This document shows, piece by piece, positions 32,193-40,736 of a stretch of 52,664 nucleotides of DNA (its first letter is position 1; every line of letters starts with the position of its first letter). The DNA is taken from positions 1 to 52,664 of the forward strand of contig NZ_MWQY01000025.1 of the NCBI RefSeq assembly GCF_002087085.1. The letters run 5' to 3'. The notes beneath the pieces are model-generated. The model ran no database searches, was not told where the DNA came from, and worked only from the letters and a program-made list of their open reading frames with translations. Made by a program: the position numbers and the translations under genes.

Positions 32193-33259
32193 GGCAGTAC
32201 CTCATAAACAGTACGGTACTCCCTGTGCAGCTCTCCCTCAGGACCCCGCTTATCGGGAATACGGGCGACTACCCGGATCAGGCGGGACGCATCTTTTTCC
32301 ACGCTGATTTGCCAGAACCAGGTGACAGTCCCCATATACGCGAAAAGCCGATTCTGCTCTTTCGGGAGGATGATGTTTCCTCCCTCATCTTTCTCCTGTA
32401 CCGGAATCATGTCAGGGAGTTCCTCCTGCAGTATGGCCCGGGAACCCCGCAGGGAGCTGATCTCCCGGGCAACGGCTTCCGGGGCTGTCACCCGGAAGGC
32501 AGGGTAGGAAATAATCTGTTTCAATACCCAGTCCGGAGTAAAATGTATGTTGACGGAAGGAAAGGCATTGATGCAGGGAAAAACCCGGTCGAACCAGTGT
32601 ACCCCGACAAACTCTTCAAGCTCTTCGGGCTTGACCAGGGTGACTGTCCTGCGGCGTTCCCGCAGTTTGTGGTGAAACTCTTCCGCCGCAGCTTCGTTCC
32701 CGGTTATCTCGGCGAAGACTTTTTTCAGGCTGAACTCGTCGGCGGTGTTGATGTTCCAGTATCCCCGGGAAGTCGCGTAGTTTGCAAGGAACTCCTCCTT
32801 GAAGACGTTACCGAAGCGAGCCAGGATATCCACGGCAAAACCATCGTCCTCCCGGTCCTGCTGAAAGGCGTCGGCTCCCATTCCCGGCAACAGGAAGGAA
32901 CGGACCTCTGTTTCGCTTATCATCTTTGTGTTCATGGAGTTTATGGAAAAGCGGCTGGAGATATCCTCCAGCGTAACAGTGCAGCTCTCCTCGCTCTCCA
33001 GGAGAGCTATATCGGTAAAGACCGCACTTCCGGACCAGTCCGGTTCAGACGGATCCAGTTCCTCAAGGAATTCCTGGACGGAGTCGGCAATTTTTATCAT
33101 CTCGGCGGACTTTTTGGTGGAATCTCTGAAAGAGGCAAGCTGCCGCCGTTGTGTCCAGGCCATGGAAGCCGCGGAGAGGGTGAGTCCGGTGGAGATAATC
33201 AGTAGCACGAGGGCGACTGCTGTAATGCTGCCCTCGTCGGCGTGTTGCCTGCTTCTCAC
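32186..33259 (-). CDS. gspK: GspK-like minor pseudopilin
   Basis: EG|SITAVALVLLII (no Glu5), LEDISSRFSIN and WNINTA HhH-like motifs. Confidence 0.7.
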   Translation of the reverse strand: MRSRQHADEGSITAVALVLLIISTGLTLSAASMAWTQRRQLASFRDSTKKSAEMIKIADSVQEFLEELDPSEPDWSGSAVFTDIALLESEESCTVTLEDISSRFSINSMNTKMISETEVRSFLLPGMGADAFQQDREDDGFAVDILARFGNVFKEEFLANYATSRGYWNINTADEFSLKKVFAEITGNEAAAEEFHHKLRERRRTVTLVKPEELEEFVGVHWFDRVFPCINAFPSVNIHFTPDWVLKQIISYPAFRVTAPEAVAREISSLRGSRAILQEELPDMIPVQEKDEGGNIILPKEQNRLFAYMGTVTWFWQISVEKDASRLIRVVARIPDKRGPEGELHREYRTVYEVLPW

Positions 33260-33762
33260 CGGGAATCCTCCATAAGGGAGTGTGTGCCGAAGACAACGCA
33301 GATTTCCGGGAGTCTCCCTTCGGTATCCAGCAGCAGGCGAAAGCCGCCTTCTGCTTCCTGGTTTGCTCCCTCAAATCGGGGAGTCCAGGTTACGGGAAAG
33401 CTGAGACGGGAGAGCTCGCCGCCGCAATTGACACGAAGTTCTCCCGATCCGATTTCAAGATGCAAGGTATTTTCCCTGACTCCGTCGAGCCAGTTAACTG
33501 TGAGGGACTCAGGGAACAGAGCCATATCCGGACCTTCCGTCCACCAGGGCCCCTGAATCCGGGCAGCCATGAGCCTGAGTTCACGGTCCAGCAGCGCCAC
33601 GGAGGCACTCTCCCTGCTGCCTGAGCGGATAGTAAAAGGAGCTCTGAAAAGGCCGAGAACCAGCACCGCCAGGGCTGAAGCGCTGATTGCAGCGATAAAA
33701 AGGGCGGCGATGGTTTCCATGTAGCTGAAGCCTTCGTCTCCGCGCCGGGATGAACTCCTCAT
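33256..33762 (-). CDS. GspJ-like minor pseudopilin
   Basis: Prepilin motif EG|FSYMETIAALFI. Confidence 0.65.
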   Translation of the reverse strand: MRSSSRRGDEGFSYMETIAALFIAAISASALAVLVLGLFRAPFTIRSGSRESASVALLDRELRLMAARIQGPWWTEGPDMALFPESLTVNWLDGVRENTLHLEIGSGELRVNCGGELSRLSFPVTWTPRFEGANQEAEGGFRLLLDTEGRLPEICVVFGTHSLMEDSR

Positions 33763-33959
33763 CGGGAAGCCTCCCGGGAGGAAGGGCAGGAGATTTCGTT
33801 ACGCCTGGACACAAGGGTATACAGTCCCTCCTTACTTGAGGCGGAATCCCGCAGGGTTGCGGCAAGGAGTGTACCCAGGGGAAGAGCGAGAAGGGTAATC
33901 AGGGCCAGAGCGAGAAGAGCGTCCAGCAGGGCGTATCCTTCCTCGTGCTTGTGCTTCAT
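33759..33959 (-). CDS. GspI/H-like minimal minor pseudopilin
   Basis: EG|YALLDALLALALI prepilin-like motif; packed between gspG and the GspJ-like gene. Confidence 0.6.
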   Translation of the reverse strand: MKHKHEEGYALLDALLALALITLLALPLGTLLAATLRDSASSKEGLYTLVSRRNEISCPSSREASR

Positions 33960-33961
33960 TG

Positions 33962-34453
33962 TCAATGGCTCCAGCTCGCGATATCCGCGTCCTCTCCTTC
34001 TCCTCCCTCTGCGCCGTCGGCCCCGTAGCTGACAATGCCGTAGGGGAGTCCATCAGGTCCCGGTACCTTGTACTGGTAGGGATTCCCCCAGGGGTCTTTT
34101 TCAAGGGGTTTTTCCAGGTAGGGACCGTTCCAGGAGTCCGGTATCGGCGAGGAGGCAGGTTTTGTAAAAAGGGCCTTGAGCCCCTGGTCCTGGGAAGGAT
34201 AGCGGCCGCAGTCAAAAAGGTAGGCATTCAGGGCCAGGTTAAGGGCTTCGATCTGGTTTCCGGCGGCCGCCTTCTTCGCCGTGGCGATGTACCTGAATCC
34301 CATAAAGCCTACAGTGGTGGAGAGGGTTAATACAATTGCCAGTACGATGATGGTCTCGATAAAGGTCCAGCCCTCATCCCCTTTTCTCCCTGCTGTGTTC
34401 GTTCTGCCTGCATCAGCATTTTCTTTGCCGGATTTCGGTAAACGTCGTATCAT
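33962..34453 (-). CDS. gspG: Type II secretion major pseudopilin GspG
   Basis: EG|WTFIETIIVLAI, ALNAYLFDCGRYPS..QGLKAL, WNGPYL, DPWGNPYQY, SYGADGAEGGEGEDADI. Confidence 0.92.
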   Translation of the reverse strand: MIRRLPKSGKENADAGRTNTAGRKGDEGWTFIETIIVLAIVLTLSTTVGFMGFRYIATAKKAAAGNQIEALNLALNAYLFDCGRYPSQDQGLKALFTKPASSPIPDSWNGPYLEKPLEKDPWGNPYQYKVPGPDGLPYGIVSYGADGAEGGEGEDADIASWSH

Positions 34454-34484
34454 CTCTGGTCCCTCAAATCTGCTGAAAGTAAAA

Positions 34485-35687
34485 TCAGAATAATTCCCCG
34501 AAGCCCGAAAGCAGGGGAAGCACAAAAACAACAACCCCGGTAAACAGCAGGGCGCCGGTCAGGATAATAAGGAGCGGTTCGGCGAGACTGCTGACCCGGG
34601 TAAGAAAGGTTTCGTACTCTCCCTGGTACCAGGTTTTGAGTCCGGTAAAGACCTCCTCCACCCGTCCCGTGCGTTCTCCCAGGGCGAGCCAGCGAACCAG
34701 GCGCGGAGGGAACACCCCGGAGGATTCAAAGGCCGCTGAAGGACGCTCTCCCCGGAGAATGTTTTCCCGTGCCTGACGGAGTCCGGCAGAAAATGCCCGA
34801 TTCTCCGTTACATCCGCCGCCTGATACAGGGCATCCTCCAGACTGACCCCGGAGGAGCTGAGTACCTCCAGGGCAAAGACCAAGTTGACCGTGTCTCCCA
34901 GAGACGCGAGCCGGCCGGCCAGGGGCAGACGCAGCAGAGCGCGGTCCGAGGCAAGGCGGAAGGATCCGGAAAACCTCCGAAGGAGCAGTACGGTCAGTCC
35001 TGCTGAAAGCCCCCCGCCGACGATTGTCCCCGACAGAACTGAGAATAAGCTCATGCGCCCGGTGATCAGAAGCATCTGCTCAGGACTCTGGCCGAGACCG
35101 GCCAGGATTTCTCCCATCTTCGGGGCGACGAAAATCAGGAGCGAAAGGCTTCCGATTATTACTGCCGCCAGCACCACCGACGGATAGAGCAGGGCGTTAA
35201 CGAACTTGTCCTTGAGTTCTTTACGGGTTCGCAGATAATCCGCCAGGCCCGGGAGCACCTGGGCCAGGGAACCGACCTTTTCTCCAACCTTGATGAGACC
35301 GGAATAGATCCGGGGGAAGCTCAAGGATTCCGCAGTCCCGGAAAAGGAGTCTCCCCGTTCAAGTCCGGCGGCAAGCTCTTCCACAGTCCTGCCCGCTTTT
35401 CCCTTTGTATAGATGGTACGGGCAATCTCAAGCCCCTCTTTAATATCCAGGCCCGAGCGGTAGAGCAGCGCCAGGGTCTGGGTAAGTTCCAGTACAAAGC
35501 CCGCGGGAGGGGATGATATTCTGCCTGTTCCGTGTTCGCCTGCTGCGGCATCGAGCTCTTCCACCGTAAGGAGCACACAGCCGTTCCGGGGAATCAAGGC
35601 CGCGGCATCATAGCGGGAATCCGCATTGACAATTTTGACCCGCCGGGCTCCTGAGCCCTCTGCGTAACGCAGGCGATAGACCGGCAT
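34485..35687 (-). CDS. gspF: Type II secretion inner-membrane protein GspF
   Basis: Two T2SSF repeats (GEKVGSL...ALLYP; GERTGRV...LAEP). Confidence 0.9.
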   Translation of the reverse strand: MPVYRLRYAEGSGARRVKIVNADSRYDAAALIPRNGCVLLTVEELDAAAGEHGTGRISSPPAGFVLELTQTLALLYRSGLDIKEGLEIARTIYTKGKAGRTVEELAAGLERGDSFSGTAESLSFPRIYSGLIKVGEKVGSLAQVLPGLADYLRTRKELKDKFVNALLYPSVVLAAVIIGSLSLLIFVAPKMGEILAGLGQSPEQMLLITGRMSLFSVLSGTIVGGGLSAGLTVLLLRRFSGSFRLASDRALLRLPLAGRLASLGDTVNLVFALEVLSSSGVSLEDALYQAADVTENRAFSAGLRQARENILRGERPSAAFESSGVFPPRLVRWLALGERTGRVEEVFTGLKTWYQGEYETFLTRVSSLAEPLLIILTGALLFTGVVVFVLPLLSGFGELF

Positions 35688-35689
35688 AA

Positions 35690-37180
35690 TCAGAGTACCC
35701 CCGCCCGCTGCAGTTCTTCGAAGGATGACAGCCCTTCCGCAGCCAGGGTAAGTCCCCGCTGCTTAAGGCCGATCATTCCCTGTTCCCGCAGGTGATGGTC
35801 GAGGGCTGCGGATGTGCCGGCGGAAGCTATTATTCCGGCGGCTTTCCGGTCTACCATAAAGAACTCTGCCGCAGCGATCCGCCCGCGGTATCCCTGATTG
35901 TCGCAGTCCGGGCAGCCGGAAGCGTAAAACTCCTCTTCAGGGCTGGTGAGTCCCGCCCTGTGGTAAAGCTCCGTGTAAAAATCGCCCATGGGACGGGAGC
36001 TGCGGCAGGCGGGGCAGAGCCTGCGGGTAAGACGCTGGGCAATTACCCCCCGCAACACCGCAGCGATCAGGTAGGCTTCGACTCCCAGGTTGATGAGCCT
36101 GCTGACCGCAGAAACCGCGTCGTTGGTATGCAGGCTCGAAAGGACCAGGTGTCCGGTAAGGGCCGCCCGGACCGCGAGCTCCGCCGTCTCGGAATCCCGG
36201 ATTTCTCCCACCAGGATTACATCAGGGTCCTGCCTGAGCACCCGGCGCAGCAGGGTACTGAAACCGAGGCCGATGCGCTCATCCGTCTGGATCTGGTCCA
36301 CCCCGTCAATCAGATATTCCACCGGGTCCTCGATGGTGACGATCTTTATTCCTTCGCTGTTGATACTGCGCAGCATGGCGTTCAGACTTGTGGTTTTGCC
36401 GCTTCCCGTGGGGCCTGTCACCAGAACCATGCCGTGGGGGTTTTTTAAGAGCTCAGCGATGCCGGCAAGACAATCCTCCGGCAATCCCAGATCCGTCAGG
36501 CTGAAGGCCGAATCATCGGCATTGAAGATCCTCAGGACAATGGATTCCGCCCCGGCTCCGGCGGCGGTGGGAACACAGGAAACCCGGATGTCCACATTGC
36601 TCCCCGCCATGTTTACCGTAAGGCGACCGTCCTGGGGACGTCGGCGTTCCATGAGGTTGAGCCCCGCCATGACCTTGATGCGGGAGGCGAGCCCGGAAAA
36701 ACGCTCCGCCGGCAGGGTCTGATGCACCCGGAGCACGCCGTCTATGCGGTAGCGGACAATGGTTGTATCGGCGAAGGCCTCAAGGTGTATGTCCGAGGCC
36801 CGCCGCCGGATGGCTTCGATGCAGATGCTGTTTACCAGGTTGATGACCGGCGCGTCGGAAGCCAGGGCCTCCAGGTCGAGTTTATCCTTGTATCCTGAAT
36901 TGACCGGGCCGGCGGACTCATCGTCGCCGGAGCCCATAAGGCGCCCGAGCCAGGCGGAAAACTCGGCGGAATCCAGCGTTTTTACTGTAATCGGCTTCCG
37001 GTGAAAATCGCGCAGGATACGCTGCAGTTCGCAGGTGTCCCCGTCAACGGCGCCGACTGTTACGCGGCTCTCGTCTTCCTGCAGTTTAAGGACCCTGTTG
37101 GCGCGAATAAATTCCCGGCCGTACTGCTCTTTACCCCGGGGAAGAGGGGCGTAGGCAAGGAGTGAGACCGTACCATTCAT
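35690..37180 (-). CDS. gspE: Type II secretion ATPase GspE
   Basis: ASDIHLE, PQDGR, Walker A GPTGSGKT, TIEDPVE, LRQDPDVILVGEIRD, TGHLVLSSLHTN, tetracysteine CPAC/CPDC. Confidence 0.93.
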   Translation of the reverse strand: MNGTVSLLAYAPLPRGKEQYGREFIRANRVLKLQEDESRVTVGAVDGDTCELQRILRDFHRKPITVKTLDSAEFSAWLGRLMGSGDDESAGPVNSGYKDKLDLEALASDAPVINLVNSICIEAIRRRASDIHLEAFADTTIVRYRIDGVLRVHQTLPAERFSGLASRIKVMAGLNLMERRRPQDGRLTVNMAGSNVDIRVSCVPTAAGAGAESIVLRIFNADDSAFSLTDLGLPEDCLAGIAELLKNPHGMVLVTGPTGSGKTTSLNAMLRSINSEGIKIVTIEDPVEYLIDGVDQIQTDERIGLGFSTLLRRVLRQDPDVILVGEIRDSETAELAVRAALTGHLVLSSLHTNDAVSAVSRLINLGVEAYLIAAVLRGVIAQRLTRRLCPACRSSRPMGDFYTELYHRAGLTSPEEEFYASGCPDCDNQGYRGRIAAAEFFMVDRKAAGIIASAGTSAALDHHLREQGMIGLKQRGLTLAAEGLSSFEELQRAGVL

Positions 37181-39369
37181 TGAGAGTCCTCTTCAGGGGA
37201 GGAGAAATACTTCGCGTACAGGCGCCGGGCCTCGGCCATGCGGCTGAGCTTCTTTTTCTCCGGATATTCCACATGGGGCACCACGTAGATGACCATCTCC
37301 GTGGTATCGGTGCTTTCGCTGCGGCTCTGAAACAGGCGCCCCAGAAGGGGAATGTCCCCCAGGATAGGGGTTTTACTGATGGATATGTCCTGGTCTTGCT
37401 GAATCAGGCCTCCGATGACCACGGGCTTGCCGGAAGGACTGCGCACGTGGGTGGAGACGACCTTTTCCGTGGTTGTCGGAGGATTGGTGGTTGACGACTC
37501 CGAACCCTGGCGGCTGACGGTGGCGGAGATCTCCATGGTGATCATTCCGTCCCCGGAGACCCAGCCGTTCAGGTTGATAATAAGACCGGAGGTCAGCTCC
37601 CGGGTAACCCCCGTGGATTTGAGCTCCCCGGTGTCGGAATCGATTTCGTAATCCCGGTAGCGGTATGTATTGGTATTCTGAAATTTCAAGGTCTCTCCGG
37701 ATATCCCGTTCAGGGTTGTGTCCGCCATAATGCTGGCCCTGGTTTCGCTCAGGGAGAGGCTCAGGTCCACAGCGAAAAGATAGCCGAAGTTGGAGACGAT
37801 ATCGAAGTTCAGATTCAGCAGGGAACCGATGGAACCGAGAAAGGTGGTCTCGTCGCCGTCATTGGCAACCTTGTTCTCGTAATTGGTGTTCCAGTTTAGG
37901 CCCTGTCCCTCCTGGTACTGGACCACCAGCAGGTCGTAACGGATCTGGGGAACCGGACGGTCGACAAGGGCCAGCTGCCGGAGGAACTCCTCTTTTCTGC
38001 TCTCCGGGCCCGTGTAAAAGACCAGGGTCGGATCCACGGTGGCGACGATCTCTTCCTTCGCCGCCGCCGGAGGAAGGGACTTGATAAGAGTCTCCGCGGT
38101 AATATACTTAAGCTGCACCGGAAAGTGCCCCGGGGGTGTATCCAGGGCGGCGAGGTAGGCGGAGAAATCCTCCGCCTGGGCATCGCTCACCGGCACGATA
38201 AACGAGTTCGTTCCGGGCAGAACCTTAGGTCCCAAGGCGGAAAGTCGCGGAGGCAGCAGATTCAGGGCGTCCGTAACATCCGCGTAGCCCAGGTCGAATC
38301 GGCGGTAGCTTACGTGCTGCAGGGGCCTGTCCAGGGAACGGATAAAGCTCTCCAGGGGGCCGATCTCCTCCGGGCTGCCCCGTAGAATTATGGTATTGGA
38401 CTCGGTGTCCGCCCGCATAAGGTTTGCCGCCGCCAGATCCGGGGGCAGGAGGGCGGAGACCGACTGGGCCGGAAGGTGTTCCAGGGGGAGGGAGATGGTG
38501 GTTTTGAGTTTTTTCAGGACGTCCCGCCGTTGAATCTCGAAGATATAATAGATGCCGCCGGAAACCTGATAATCACCGTTGGCCTGTTCCAGTACCAGAC
38601 GGAGCAGCTCGCTGAACTCCTTGTCCTCGAAACGGAGTTCCTCCAGCACAGCGTCTCCCCGCATCAGCAGGCTGTACTCCTCTCCTTCGGCGCTGAAAAG
38701 ATCCTTTAAAAGGTCCCGAAAACGCACCCGTTCCAGATCAAGGCTGTACAGCCCCTCGTTATTGCGGGAAAGGAGCTGACCGCGGCGGGAGGCAGGTTCT
38801 CCTGAAGCTGTACGCCGGATATAGAAATAGTCATCTTCTGTTTCCAGTTCATGCTCCGAAAGCCGGGCAGTAAGGACCTCCAGTGCGGCGGCCGGAGACA
38901 GGTCGTCGATGTGGATTGTAAGCCGTTCATTAGGCAGAGCGTCAAACAGCACCGTTTTGCCCATGGCCCGGGAGAGAGCCCGCAGCAGCAGCCGGAGTTC
39001 AACATCCTCTCCGTGAAGGCTGACTGTTCCTGCCTCTTCGTTCCAGCGGGCATCGATGCGGGAGACGTAGATAAGCCCGTCCCGCCTGATGCCGTAGAGC
39101 TTATAGGTATCCAGGAAGACCCGCAGGGCGGTATCGAAATTCATGGTGCTGAAATGGTAGCTGGCGCTGCCGGAGACCGTCTCGTCGGGGATAATGGAAA
39201 CCTCCCCGATGTCTGCCAGCACCATGAGGATATCGGTGATCGGCTGGTTGCGGAAGGAGAGGCGGTCGAGCGTGAGGGGGGCTGCGCCAGTTGTATCCAG
39301 ATCCTGAGAGAACCCAGGGATGAAAGAAAAAACAATAATTATACTTACTATTCGGTATTTCCAATTCAT
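37177..39369 (-). CDS. gspD: Secretin GspD
   Basis: Signal peptide, repeated N-domains, and the secretin signature VVIGGLI...KTPILGDIPLLGRLF...EMVIYVVP. Confidence 0.9.
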   Translation of the reverse strand: MNWKYRIVSIIIVFSFIPGFSQDLDTTGAAPLTLDRLSFRNQPITDILMVLADIGEVSIIPDETVSGSASYHFSTMNFDTALRVFLDTYKLYGIRRDGLIYVSRIDARWNEEAGTVSLHGEDVELRLLLRALSRAMGKTVLFDALPNERLTIHIDDLSPAAALEVLTARLSEHELETEDDYFYIRRTASGEPASRRGQLLSRNNEGLYSLDLERVRFRDLLKDLFSAEGEEYSLLMRGDAVLEELRFEDKEFSELLRLVLEQANGDYQVSGGIYYIFEIQRRDVLKKLKTTISLPLEHLPAQSVSALLPPDLAAANLMRADTESNTIILRGSPEEIGPLESFIRSLDRPLQHVSYRRFDLGYADVTDALNLLPPRLSALGPKVLPGTNSFIVPVSDAQAEDFSAYLAALDTPPGHFPVQLKYITAETLIKSLPPAAAKEEIVATVDPTLVFYTGPESRKEEFLRQLALVDRPVPQIRYDLLVVQYQEGQGLNWNTNYENKVANDGDETTFLGSIGSLLNLNFDIVSNFGYLFAVDLSLSLSETRASIMADTTLNGISGETLKFQNTNTYRYRDYEIDSDTGELKSTGVTRELTSGLIINLNGWVSGDGMITMEISATVSRQGSESSTTNPPTTTEKVVSTHVRSPSGKPVVIGGLIQQDQDISISKTPILGDIPLLGRLFQSRSESTDTTEMVIYVVPHVEYPEKKKLSRMAEARRLYAKYFSSPEEDSQ

Positions 39370-39484
39370 ATCAACAATTTAAGGATTGACGTTATCAGGT
39401 ATAGTGCCAGAAAGATTGATGGAAGTCAAATCGTAAAATGTGAAAAAAGGAAAGATTTGGGTAATTATAAAAAGTAAAAAAATC

Positions 39485-39513
39485 TTGTGATATCACAAAA
39501 CCAGTGCTACTAT
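39485..39513 (+). promoter_or_regulatory. Candidate tatA promoter overlapped by a perfect 14-bp palindrome
   Basis: TTGTGA (39485-39490), 17-bp spacer, TGc-TACTAT extended -10 (39508-39513). Palindrome TTGTGATATCACAA at 39485-39498. Confidence 0.5.
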
Positions 39514-39545
39514 TATGTCCAGAAAGTTTATTTAAGGAGATTGAT

Positions 39546-39731
39546 ATGATCGGAGCCGGTGAAGCCGTCATTCTTGGCGGGGTGTTTATTCTTATCTTTG
39601 GGGCCTCCCAAATTCCGAAAGTCGCTCGATCCGTTGGAGAAGGCATTACGGAGTTAAAGAAATCTATCCGGGAAGCGAAGGATATCGATCTCGATGATCC
39701 TTCCCTGGGCGATAAGACGAAGAATAATTAA
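39546..39731 (+). CDS. tatA: Twin-arginine translocase subunit TatA
   Basis: MIGAGEAVILGGVFILIFGASQIPKVARSVGEGITELKKS (TM, FG hinge, amphipathic helix); AAGGAGA RBS. Confidence 0.88.
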   Translation: MIGAGEAVILGGVFILIFGASQIPKVARSVGEGITELKKSIREAKDIDLDDPSLGDKTKNN

Positions 39732-39745
39732 CAATCGTTTTATAT

Positions 39746-40480
39746 ATGTCCCAGTGTTATTCTTCGGTGCGTCCTGTTCGCAAGGTCATGCCTTTTTGGG
39801 ACCATGTTTATGAACTACGTAACCGAATTGTTCTGGTTATTACATGCTCTGCTCTTTTCTCGGTTGTAAGTTACGTTTTCTACCCTGATGCCGTTGTTCT
39901 GATTCAGTCTATTTTGCGGGAAGAATTATACGTTACCTCAATAACTGAAGGATTCCTGACTCGGCTGAAAACAAGTCTGCTTTTTGGAATTTATTGTTCC
40001 ATTCCTCTCCTTGGTATTCAGATCTCGTTGTTTGCAGCTCCTGCTCTTTCCGGCTCCGAACGTTTTTATCTTGTCGCCGTGTTGGTCTCGTCTTTTATTC
40101 TGATGTCTGCGGGTCTCCTTTTTGCACTTAAGGCTGTTCTGCCGATAAGCCTTAGATTTTTGCGTTCAGAGGTGTTTTACCCAGGCGATGTCAGCAGACT
40201 GCTTTCTTATACGCTTTATCTGCAGTTCTTTTTTCAGTTTATAATAGGTTTTGGTCTGTTCTTTCAATTTCCCATTGTAATAATTATGCTTCTTAAATTT
40301 AGAATTATTGATACTTCTTTTCTGCTCAGGAATTTTAAATACTTTATCGGCATAATCTTTTTGGTCTCCGCAGCTGTTACTCCGCCGGATATAGTATCCC
40401 AGATTTTACTGGCCCTTCCAATGACACTATTGTACGGGGTGTGCATTGTGCTTGGAAAGGTCTTTCGAATGGATGATTAG
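39746..40480 (+). CDS. tatC: Twin-arginine translocase subunit TatC
   Basis: MPFWDHVYELRNR, TEGF, FAAPAL...ER, GLFFQFP, AAVTPPDIVSQ..LALP...LY; about six TM segments. Confidence 0.92.
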   Translation: MSQCYSSVRPVRKVMPFWDHVYELRNRIVLVITCSALFSVVSYVFYPDAVVLIQSILREELYVTSITEGFLTRLKTSLLFGIYCSIPLLGIQISLFAAPALSGSERFYLVAVLVSSFILMSAGLLFALKAVLPISLRFLRSEVFYPGDVSRLLSYTLYLQFFFQFIIGFGLFFQFPIVIIMLLKFRIIDTSFLLRNFKYFIGIIFLVSAAVTPPDIVSQILLALPMTLLYGVCIVLGKVFRMDD

Positions 40481-40481
40481 A

Positions 40482-40736
40482 ATGTTTGGTATTGGATTTG
40501 GTGAATTATTACTCGCCTTGCTGGTGGTTTTTCTGGTATCCCCCAAGGACTTTCCAAAATTCATGAAGAAAGCGGGAGAGTTTATTGCTACAGGAGACAG
40601 AATCCGTAAAGAGATGTTCGCTTTGCGAAACGAGGTAGTGTCCATAGCGGAAAATCTGGAGATTGATGAAGAAACCGTAAAAAAGAGAAAAAAAGATAAT
40701 CAGGAAGAAGTCAATACGAAAACGGAGAATGGATGA
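40482..40736 (+). CDS. tatB: TatB/TatA-family subunit
   Basis: MFGIGFGELLLALLVVFLVSPKDFPKFMKKAG, a TatB-like N-terminus. Confidence 0.75.
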   Translation: MFGIGFGELLLALLVVFLVSPKDFPKFMKKAGEFIATGDRIRKEMFALRNEVVSIAENLEIDEETVKKRKKDNQEEVNTKTENG

